Source: Coniocarpon cinnabarinum (lineage: Eukaryota). From it: a DNA stretch of 64,000 nucleotides. The notes beneath the pieces are model-generated. The model did not search any database and had not been told where the DNA came from. It worked only from the letters and a program-made list of their open reading frames with translations. Shown here piece after piece: positions 10,520 to 20,642 of this stretch (position 1 is its first letter; each line of letters opens with the position of its first letter). Both the position numbers and the translations under genes were made by a program. The stretch is taken from NCBI GenBank assembly GCA_051942205.1, contig JAVECO010000066.1, positions 1 to 64,000 of the forward strand, given 5' to 3'.

Positions 10520-13500
10520 ATGGAGAGACAGAGGAAGCGTTGGTTGCCTGTCTCACCCAGACGAAGCCTCCATCGCGTGCTAACTCTTCCGCAGGCGAGC
10601 TGCGCGACCTTAACGCCCGTGCATGGGCAGGCGAACACAATGTGTTCGGTGTATCGGAGTCGCTTGACTCTTCTATGAAGAAGAATACTGCATTCATCCG
10701 TCGTCTACGTACCCCCATTAGTGCTAACTCCACGAATACGATCTTACAAGAAATACGATCGCTCTCTCTCCATAAATACCTGTCTGAAATCATTTCAGCA
10801 TGTTATGAAGGACTCGTCAAGTTGAGAGCGCCGGCCGACATCGCAGCAGGTGTTGAGATATTCAGCGCTTTGCACCAACGCTTTGGTCCGCATGAATTCA
10901 CATCCTATGTTGCGTGGCTCATAGGCCGAGGGCTGACTCCGCCCGACAAGGCCCAGCTTAAGTTGCTCCCTCAAGACGTGAGAGAAAAGGAGGAGAGAGA
11001 CCGATTCTCCCGCAACAAGATTTTGCTTCGTGTAGCAACGGAGTTGTGGCTTGTTGGCGCGCTGCGCGGCTTGGATGATGTCGCTCCGCCGCAGGATGCC
11101 GTGAAACAGAAGGATCCCAAGACTGTGGTTGCTCCTGGGCAGAAGAGGGAATCGCCAACAAAAGCTGCCTTGGGCGACACCGAACCGTTTCCACTCGAGG
11201 TTCTGAAAGAATTACTTGGCCAAGACGGTCAACATCAACAGGTTGCTATGGTTGCGTCCTATAGTCGCATCTTCGCGTTGGACTTGTTGGGAAAATGTGA
11301 TGCAGAGGGTGAGGTTCCGGCTGAAATGGACGCCCCGCTTGTAGATGAGCATACAAGACAGAGATTTAGGAACGTACTCGTCAAGTACTTTGAAGGGGGC
11401 AAGCTACACCTGATGCGCGACCAGGATCATATCAACTGTCAGTCTCGTCGTAACACGGAAGCCTACGTGAGGTCCGGTGAAATTTTCGAGGATCGTCAAG
11501 CAACTTATGAGAAGATGGTCAAATCTCAGGAGAGATTGCTCGCTAGCCTCCAAACTCTGGCAAGCTGTCTCGATGCCGAGATGCCAGATCTGCGAGAAAA
11601 GGACACGACAGCACTCGCTGCAGACTCAAGTATTGGGCTTGTGAAAACGGAAGACTACCTGCGCGGCGCAACGGATGGCGCTGGTATATGGGACGACGAA
11701 GAAGAACGACGTTTTTACGAGAATCTTATTGATGTCAAGGATCGCGTACCTGGGATACTCTTTGAAGACGGCAAGAGAAAGAGAGACTTTGAGGAGCAGC
11801 CGAGTGGAGCTCTGGAAGACACCAGAGTCGCCAATGCGAACGAGGCACCAGGGTCGGAGGACGTGAAAGAACCGTCACACCAGGACGTGAGCGCTACGGC
11901 GAACAAGTCAGTTGGGGCTCAGGTCGATTCTTTACTCGCTCGTTTGCCAGAGGCGACTAATAAGGACACGATCGATGACCTGGCCATCAGCTTTTGTTTC
12001 GTCAATTCGAAGGCGTCTCGCAACAGACTGTTGAAAGCCGTCCAGGAGGTTCCCAAAGGTCGGTCAGACCTCCTACCCCTGTATTCCCGGCTCATCACGA
12101 CTCTTGGCCGGCAAATTTCTGATCTCACGCAATCACTGGTCGTACATCTCGACGAGGAGTTCCGCAGTCTGCAGCGCCGCAAGCAAAAAGACAGTCTCAG
12201 TGGCGTCCGCACCAGCAACATTCGGTACCTGGCTGAGCTGACAAAATTCGGCGTTGTGCCTGAGCACATCATCTTCCACTGTCTTAAAGTAAGCCTTGAT
12301 GACTTCTCTCGTATGAATATTGAGGTTATATGTCATCTCCTTGAGAATTGTGGCAAATTTTTACTCCGCAACCCAGAAACACAACCCCGCATGAGATCCT
12401 TCCTGGAAACGCTGAATAGGAAGAAGTCTGCTTCACACTTGGGTCAACAAGAACGTATGCTGATTGAAAACGCCATGTACTCCGTGGACCCCCCCGAACG
12501 CGCTGCTATTCAACAAAAGGAAAGAACGCCTGTCGAGCTATTTATTCGGCGGCTTCTCTACGATGAGCTTAATAAGCGCAACGTCGAGAAGGTGATCAAG
12601 CAAATCCGCAAACTGCACTGGGAGGACGAGGAAGTGGTAGCAATTTTGCGAAAAGCTTTTGTCAAACCTTGGCGCATTAAATGGCACAATTTACACTATC
12701 TGGCAATCATCCTCGGATCCCTTCATCGCTACCACCAAGATTTTACCATCGGTGTGATTGACGACGTTCTTGAGAGCATACACTTGAACCTCGAAATCAA
12801 TGACTTCAAAGCCAATCAGAAGCGCATCGCGGAGGTCCGGTACGTTGCTGAGCTCTACGTCTATCGTATGGTGGATTCTTCCGTCATCTTTGATTTGATG
12901 TATAAGCTGGTCACCTTTGGTCACGGTCAGTATCGTGTGGCGTTTGTCCAACATGAACAATACCGTCAAGAATACTAACCTACATCTAGGTGGATGGCCA
13001 AAGCCCGCAAGCGCTCCAGCCATTGATTTGCCGGACGATTTTTTCCGTGTGCGCCTGGTTTGCACATTAATGGACATTTGCGGAAGCTTCTTCGACAAAG
13101 GCGTCATTCGCAAGAAGTTCGATTTCTTTCTTGCATTCTTCCAGGTAAGCAGGCTGTGGCGAAAATGTAACATCCTCTAACGGTTTGCAAGTACTACATC
13201 TTCACCAAAGACACGATGCCTATGGACGTTGAGTACGTTGTACATGACACTTTTACTAATGTCAGATCTGATTGGCGCATGGTGAAGACACTTCACGAAG
13301 CCGGATCGACATTCGCACAAGTTTGCAAAGACAACGGCAATGGCACAAGCAGCACGCAAACCGTTGACGCGGAGGAGCTCGACGGAGACGACGGCGACAT
13401 GGAAGGCGAAGTCAAAGCGCGAAGGACCTCTAGCAAGCATAATCGCGGAGATTCTAGCGACGGAGGGGAAGCAGAGCTCGATCCCGAAGAAGAAGAGCGC

Positions 13501-14425
13501 GAACCGGAAAATTCTGACCTTGACACTGACACTGACGACGAGGACAACATCATTGTCACAAGACATGAGCAAGAGCGGGATCCAGAAGCAGACGCAGAGT
13601 TTGATCGAGAGCTTGCGAAAATGATGGCGGAGAGCGTCAATGAGACGCGGAAACCGGATCGCAAGCCTGCACTTGACATTGCACTCCCTATGCGCCGAGT
13701 GCAGCAGCGAGACGGTATAGTCAACGAGAATGACGACCCTGAGACTCTTGGTCCTACGGTGCAGTTCTCACTTTTGAGCAGGCGGGGCAACCGACCTCAG
13801 GTAAAGAGTCTTACCCTACGTGATTTGCGGCGTGCGTGCTGACATCGATAGACGAGAGCGATTGACCTTCCTGCGGACTCAACCTTCGCGCTGGCACATC
13901 GAACCCAGCTGGAGGCCGAAAAGGCTGAACAGCAGCGAATCAAGGCTCTGGTCCTGAACTACGACCTCGGTCAGGATCAACACAGCCATCCAGACAACGT
14001 CAATGGTGATTATCCGCCTTTTCATTCTCCTTCCAACCAGCATTTGGCGCCGCTACAGCCTAACGTCAACCACACGACAAACAGGCTGAGGCGCGTTTCC
14101 GCCAATCATCCTCAATTAGCTAAGGAAAAGCCAGATCCCATTGAAAGACCCCTCGTGCAGCAACCGGTCTCTGTCAGGGAGCAGGGGTCCAGGCGAGACT
14201 CCGAACAGCAACAGCGGGGCGCCGGCAATGCGTCGAAAAGACAGCAAGCGAGGAAGCTTCAGATGTCAGATGTTGATTGGTATAGTAGCCTTGTTCCTCC
14301 TCCTTCCTCTCCGTTGTAATCCAGGGGCGCTTCGATCAAAGCAGAGCTGATCCATGCACTGGCGGCCGGAGAGGAGAAGACGTCGCTGCAGAAATGGTAC
14401 CGAACTGACAGTGTTTAGGACGTGA
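10520..14425 (+). CDS. NMD2: Nonsense-mediated mRNA decay factor Upf2/Nmd2 (MIF4G domains, acidic region, C-terminal Upf1-binding region)
   Basis: MERQRK|RELRDLNARAW, LDSSMKKNTAFIRRLR, IWDDEEERRFYENL, RYLAELTKFG, DDFFRVRLVCTL, an acidic tract, EQQRIKALVLNYD and RKLQMSDVDW|T*. The last intron is 14280-14418; if it is retained the ORF stops at 14319. Confidence 0.93.
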
Positions 14426-15278
14426 AAACGTGTTCAAGTCGCACGCATTCAACACGTCTGGCAAATACTTCTCGCAGCCCACAAATCCACGGATTGTTCG
14501 GAGCAGAATTCGGATCGTGTTCCACGGTAAGCAAGCGGAACACTTTAGGCCAGACTCAGCGGCGACGTTTCTGCTACTGCTTCGCGCAGGCGACAACCAC
14601 AAGTCATGTCCCTATCACTGCCTCAGTCTCTTAAAGTTTTGAGTGAACGTGACAACAAGCACCTGCACACTAGTGACCAATGAAACGGAAGAGCGTGTCA
14701 TTAGCCGTGCCGTGGGCCCTTGGGAAGCTATAATCGATACAACGAGGAGCAACCAGCTCGATTGTTCCAGCAGGTGGAATCGGCTCGCATAGTAGACCCA
14801 TTTAAGAGGGTCTATCGGGATCGAAGCATTGTAGCTTACGGGTGAGAGAGAATTGTAGATCAGTGGTCGAGGTAATGTTGGAGTGGTCGAGGAATGGCAA
14901 CGGGTCGCTTGTAACACGACAGACAGGAGCAGTGCTTCGTGACGGACATTCTTCAACTCCATGCGTTGAAGTCTAAAGCTGGAGAATGCGATGATCACTC
15001 TATGCTATTCCTTTGCACCATCGTCACAGAAGCACGTCGTGAGAATGTCCTGACCGACGCCGCTGCGGGTGCCTGTACATGGCAAGCTCCCACACTCTGC
15101 GCCTTGACTTTAGATGCACCTTCAGGACGCACGCACGTACATGATATTACTGGTGTGAATGTGTGTCCCGTACTTTCAGATTCGAGACTCTAACCACAAT
15201 CTCAGTCACAGATACCCTCCCAACTCAAATCACCCCGCCAAGTCATACCAACGTCTTCATCCCCACGCAAAGCTCTCT

Positions 15279-16528
15279 TCAAGTCATGAACGTTCCTCCA
15301 TCCACCACAACCGTCTGTCCCGTCACAAAATCACTCCCCGGTCCCGCCAACCAGCTCACCGTCCCCGCAACATCCTCCCCCACACTCACCCTTCCCAACA
15401 CCGCCTTCTCGGCCTCCATCTTCATCGTAGCACCCTTGGTGCGATTGTTCATCCCGCCCAGCACGTCGTCGAGGCGGTCCCACATTGGTGTCCCCACGAT
15501 CCCCGGGGCGTAATTGTTACATGTGATGCCGTGGCGGCCGAATTCGAGGGCGAATGACTGTGTGAGGCCGCGGACGGCCCATTTGGAGGCGGCATAGTGG
15601 CCTATGTTGGGAAACTTGGGTTGTTGTGAGTCTGAATCCATGCGAAGTGGTGAGAGACTTACAGAGCGGTACCCGGCTACGCTGCCGGCGCCAATGAGTT
15701 TGTAGATGCCTTTGGAGGCTCGGGGCTTGCTGGCTGTGTCCGGATGTGTTTGAACGGGCTGGGTCACGCGGTCATCAGCGATGGCAAGAGCTTTGATCAG
15801 GTGGGGCTGATTGAAAAAGATTTGTACGCACAGGATGTTCAGGTGGAGGGCCCTGCTTTAGGAATTGCTCTGTCGCAGCACGATAACAGTTGTAGACGCC
15901 AAAATAGTTGACCGCGAAGACACGCTCCGCGTCTCTGGTGTCGGTCTGAACGATGGGCGCGATGTCTAAAGGTTGAAAAAATCAGAGCACTCCGACATGG
16001 TCCAGGAGAAATTTGCAACATACGAATGATGCCTGCATTAGCCACCATCGTGTTCAATGGACCGAGATTGTCCACAGACTGTTGTACAAGCCCTTGGACG
16101 GCTTCCAGATTCGACACGTCGCATGTTACTGGCAGCGCTTTTCGGCCATGCTTAGTCGAGATTTCATGGCAAGCCTACAACGACAGTGCTCAGCAGTCTC
16201 ATGCATGGAGAGAAGTATTCGAGTATTCGGAGCTAAGTGACACGCGGCGCATGTAGCTTCCTGGTGCGAGAAACTATCCCCAACGCCGTGTGTCTCTAGA
16301 GAGGCGACTCACTTCCTCGACAGCCTGTTTCTTAGCATCAATGTCGTTCACACAGACATCGTAGCCATCTTCAGCCAGCTGCACAGCAATTGCCTTTCCA
16401 ATACCTTGAGCAGCACCTGTGACGATGACAGACCTAGCTAACGTGTTGCTTGTGCTGAGATTACGGCGCGGAAAGAGCTTAGCAGATGAAAACAACGAAG
16501 CAGAGTTGATCGATCGACGAGCAAACAT
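15279..16528 (-). CDS. Short-chain dehydrogenase/reductase (acetoin/diacetyl reductase-like), 5 exons, with a putative mitochondrial presequence
   Basis: TGAAQGIG, NAG, YAASK (YxxxK) and TGQTVVVDGG motifs. The N-terminus is Arg/Ser-rich and lacks acidic residues. Confidence 0.88.
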
Positions 16529-17343
16529 TTTAAGAAATTGAATTGATAAAAAGAAAAGAAGGAAAATGTGTTTCTCTGAACTTTTACGCTGGATGTGCGG
16601 GTGTGTTTTTCTCGGCCGCTTGCGTTGAGTTTCGCCCGGTTGACTTGCATGAAAGCAATGATAGGGAGGGTCGTCTCGGGAGAATACCTTGCGTGGTGGA
16701 ACAGCATGCGTGGCGTGGATGGGTTCTGCACATGGTACCCCACCTCTCGTGGTTCACGGGCGAGGGAGACTTCCATGGTTCTGCGTATTCTTAAAGTCTC
16801 GCACAAGCTTCTCGAACATGTTCGAGGATTGTGTTGACAGTCTTCTCTATGTGTCATGGGCGCCCCCCTGCTCGAAGTCAGCTGTCTGTCATTTTCTCCA
16901 GCTTTCAAAATACATCAACTAAGGTTCGAAGGCGACATCGAGTGAGCAATGGCTGAATAATGAAGCATGACGAATCGTAAACGACGCAAGTTTCTTTCAC
17001 AAAACCAGGTCGAAAGTGTAGACAGAAGCAGGGAGTCTCAATTTGTGCCAACTTTGTTTGTTCTTTCCCAAGCCGATTCCCTATTTCAGATGTTCAGTAT
17101 GGAGATTCATCGCCGAGGTTGTGACGTCAGGGGGGCAGCTGGTGCGCATCCAATGGCTGACGATGTAGATAATGCTGCAGAGCACCTAGTCGCGTAGTGC
17201 TTCCTCACAAGTAGGATATCGAGACTTCCTCTTCCTAAGAGACACATTGCGATTGCAAGAATAGTGCATACTTCGCTGCTGTTTGTGACCTGCTGTGGCA
17301 TCCAAGGGCTATTTTCATATTCCCTCTTTCATCGTACCTCGCG

Positions 17344-18429
17344 ATGCCAACCGCGCTCACCATCCAACATAGAGACGGCAAGCCTGGCCAGGTCTATTAT
17401 CCACTCCGGCTCACAAAGCTCCCATCCAAGAGTCCTTCCGCGTCCCAAGTCACTGTCCGCATCTCCGCTGCAGCTCTCAACCACCGCGATCTCTTTATTC
17501 GACAGTCCCTGTACCCCGCTGTTTCATTTGAGACACCACAATTGGCCGATGGCGTGGGCGTTGTCACTGACGCCGGTTCAGACGCCACAGCGCAGGCTTT
17601 GAAAGGTAAGCGGGTGATACTCAACCCCGGGACGGGGTGGAAAGACAGTCCCACGGGCCCCGAGGAGGCAGGCGGATATAAAATTGTCGGTGGGACGAAG
17701 GTGAACCCACTAGGCACAGCATGTGAAGAGATTGTCGTAGAAGCGTCCGAGCTGGAACTCGCGCCTGACCACTTGAGCGATGTAGAAGCTGCGGCTTTGC
17801 CGTTGGCCGGGCTTACAGGGTGGAGAGCGACGATGGTGAAGGCGGAAGTGTCCGTAGGCAAAAACATGATGGTCACTGGGATAGGCGGAGGCGTAGCGAT
17901 CATGGCCCTTCTGTTTGCCGTGCAGGCCGGCGCAAAGGTGTGGGTGACATCAGGTTCCGTAGAGAAGATCGAGCGAGCAAAGAAGATGGGTGCAATAGGT
18001 GGGGTCAACTATAAAAACAAGGATTGGCCGAAGAAGTTGAAGAGTATGTTGCCCAAGGAACGCCCTTATTTGGATGCGATTGTGGACGGCGCAGGCGGCG
18101 ACGTGGTTGCGGCGGGCACGCGCCTGCTCAAGGACGGCGGAATCATCAGCCAATACGGCATGACGACCAGCCCTAAGATGGGATGGACTATGCCAGCTGT
18201 GCTGAAGAATGTAGAGTTGCGGGGCAGCACGATGGGCAGTCGGGCCGAGTTTCGCGATATGATCAGGTTCGTGGGTGAGAAGGGTCTAAAGCCGATTGTG
18301 AGCAGGGTGTCTTGGAACGGACTCAACGACCTTGAGGGGATAGACGCGTTATATGAGGACATGAAGAAGGGTGCTCAATTCGGCAAGTTAGTGATCGGCA
18401 TGAGCAGTGAGACGAAAAGCAGGCTCTAG
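17344..18429 (+). CDS. MDR-family (zinc-type alcohol dehydrogenase-like / quinone oxidoreductase) protein with C-terminal PTS1 (SRL)
   Basis: Intronless 361-aa ORF with AAALNHRD, AAALPLAGLTGWRA, VTGIGGGVA, GSTMGS and QFGKLV; ends in -KSRL*. Confidence 0.9.
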   Translation: MPTALTIQHRDGKPGQVYYPLRLTKLPSKSPSASQVTVRISAAALNHRDLFIRQSLYPAVSFETPQLADGVGVVTDAGSDATAQALKGKRVILNPGTGWKDSPTGPEEAGGYKIVGGTKVNPLGTACEEIVVEASELELAPDHLSDVEAAALPLAGLTGWRATMVKAEVSVGKNMMVTGIGGGVAIMALLFAVQAGAKVWVTSGSVEKIERAKKMGAIGGVNYKNKDWPKKLKSMLPKERPYLDAIVDGAGGDVVAAGTRLLKDGGIISQYGMTTSPKMGWTMPAVLKNVELRGSTMGSRAEFRDMIRFVGEKGLKPIVSRVSWNGLNDLEGIDALYEDMKKGAQFGKLVIGMSSETKSRL

Positions 18430-18536
18430 ATCATGAGCCATGACACGTAGTCGCTGTATCTTCATAATGTTTCTGTATACTAATTCTGTACAGCCAATAC
18501 ATGATGAACGTCTGACACCGTACGCTCTGGATTGGA

Positions 18537-19910
18537 TCAAAAGGTATCATCGACATCGAGTTTTGTCACACGAACGACACTAGGACTGTCATCATCTTCG
18601 TACAATGGATTCCCAACCTTTGTGTTGGGTGCATCTCCAATGTCGTGACTGTTAGTAACTTCGCTGCCACCTGCCGTCAGCAGCAAGTCATCCACGATCC
18701 GTTTGCTTGCCTCTCGTGCAGGGGTTTGCAAAAGCTTGCTCTGCGGCATATTGAAACGGATCGTCTTCGGGGGGCTCATCCCGCCAAAGGGAGCAGACTC
18801 GTCATCACCTGAGTCCCAATCAATCTCGTATGGCTCCCCTGTATGCTCATCTACATGGGAAGTGTCACCCGTGAACAGCGTCTTTCGGGCGGTGGCTCTC
18901 TCGTTCTGGTCGGGTGAAAATCCGGATTTCGAACGCGGCCTTTGCACACTGACTCCAGGTGTTCGTGGTGCAGTAGGAGTCGGTGCCACACGGCCTTTTC
19001 GCTTCTTATCGCTGGGCGTCCCAAAGATTTCTGCACGCAGTTTCGGTGCTTCCATCGCTGGCGAGAAGGGTGACGAATCGAGGGCGGGGTTCACGGTCCT
19101 AGTGGGCTGCGGCGTAGGATCTTTCATTGCGGCAGTGCGACTGCTGTGGGGTTTGCTTGCAGTGTGAGGAGTGGCACGGATGCGGTAGTTTTGGTCCAAC
19201 ACTCGATGCAACAACGGATCCGCGTTCGGAGGTCGTGTCTTCTCAGCAGTCTGTTTAAAAGGTGACGAACGTCCATTTGAAGCTGTGCGGTTCCCTGGCG
19301 TGGTGGGAGTTTTGGCCGAGTAGCCTTGCATCTCCCTTTTCAAAGCCTCATACGGACTTGGGGGGTATTCTGCGAACGAGCTGGTACCCTCATCAGTGAA
19401 CATAGTGTGGGCAGTACGCTCTGTTGTTCTTGGTGTTGCCGACGCGGCTGCTTTAACGTTGACGCTCGGACTGTCCATTAGGCTGCTGGCTTCAATACCT
19501 CCCTCCGTCAATTCATCGGTCAACCTGCTCCTCGGACGCTCAGTAACATCCTCGCTGATGCTCGCTTCGGTTGTCTCGTCTCGCTCTGCACCAATCGTCG
19601 TCTGAGTTGCCTCGTCGCCATTGGCGTCGGCGTCTACCCCATCATGCTCTTCATACCCCGTCAGAGAGATGTTGGCACTTGCTTCGAAGAACTCTTTCCA
19701 AAACTTGCTGCCCTGCCACACAGCATCAGAATGCCGACCATATGCAGCAACAGTAGGGATGATGGAAGACGTGACGATGCGGTGAGCTTTGGAAAAGTTG
19801 GCGTCAATTTCTTGAAGTGTAAGCGTGATGGACTGATCAAGTCGCTCCAGCTCCTCGGTCAGTGAGAGCTGGCGATTACTTGCCGGCGCGATGCTGGGCC
19901 GGCCAGCCAT
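18537..19910 (-). CDS. ASK1: DASH/Dam1 complex subunit Ask1
   Basis: LSLTEELERLDQSITLTLQEIDANFSKAHRIVT...KFWKEFFEASAN, plus MSPPKTIRF and LLQTPAREASKRIVDDLL. Confidence 0.93.
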   Translation of the reverse strand: MAGRPSIAPASNRQLSLTEELERLDQSITLTLQEIDANFSKAHRIVTSSIIPTVAAYGRHSDAVWQGSKFWKEFFEASANISLTGYEEHDGVDADANGDEATQTTIGAERDETTEASISEDVTERPRSRLTDELTEGGIEASSLMDSPSVNVKAAASATPRTTERTAHTMFTDEGTSSFAEYPPSPYEALKREMQGYSAKTPTTPGNRTASNGRSSPFKQTAEKTRPPNADPLLHRVLDQNYRIRATPHTASKPHSSRTAAMKDPTPQPTRTVNPALDSSPFSPAMEAPKLRAEIFGTPSDKKRKGRVAPTPTAPRTPGVSVQRPRSKSGFSPDQNERATARKTLFTGDTSHVDEHTGEPYEIDWDSGDDESAPFGGMSPPKTIRFNMPQSKLLQTPAREASKRIVDDLLLTAGGSEVTNSHDIGDAPNTKVGNPLYEDDDSPSVVRVTKLDVDDTF

Positions 19911-20014
19911 AAGTACACAACTACAAGCAGCGACGGGATTCGCGAGGAGCCCGTTGATCTTGACCAAGAGTCATCGTACACATCAAATTATGACTGCAAC
20001 CCTAATTCACTCCA

Positions 20015-20030
20015 TCGCGACGCGACGCGT
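20015..20030. promoter_or_regulatory. Tandem MCB-like elements (TCGCGACGCGACGCGT) upstream of ASK1
   Basis: A perfect ACGCGT at 20025-20030 plus two adjacent CGCG cores, ~105-120 nt upstream of the ATG. Confidence 0.5.
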
Positions 20031-20340
20031 CAAAGAGGAGGAGCTATGGAGGCAACTTTAGCCGCTTACTCATCTAGCGCCCGAGAGCGACCAGCTTTTT
20101 GTCACCAAGTGCATCCTTGCGCAAGACCGACAATGATGACAATCACAACACAGGTCATGTACGGGATGTCAATGCGTTGAGTTCGCTTGTGGCCGGACGT
20201 GCGTTACAAAAGCCATATGTAAAGACTGGCAGGTCTGTGCGCAAGGATCAACCGCGGCCGAGGGACCAGTCTTGGATTTTGGCTTGTTGATACAAGCTTC
20301 TATTCTCTATAAACATTGACATGCACGTATAAGATAGATC

Positions 20341-20577
20341 TTGGGTATCATGGTATCTTGAACATTGAACGTTGGAGTCCTTCCACCCCGGCGAGTCATT
20401 CTATGTGTCCGAAGCCGGACACTACTCTCCTGCAAGACCTCAACACTGCTCCTGCCTGAAGGCTGCGGAGAATGATTGTAATAGTCATGGAGATACGCCG
20501 AGACTTTTTGTCGATTTTGTTTTGGAGAGTGTCTGTTTCTCGTTGGTTTTGAACATTTGTTTGGGTATCATGGTATC
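20341..20577. repeat. 17-nt perfect direct repeat TTGGGTATCATGGTATC (20341-20357 and 20561-20577)
   Basis: Two identical copies 220 nt apart, downstream of the KH gene stop codon. Confidence 0.9.
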
Positions 20578-20642
20578 AAAAAGCGGTGCCAAACCTTCTG
20601 GTGTATCCGATGCAAAAGTGTGATGGCATTAAAAAGCCGTTG

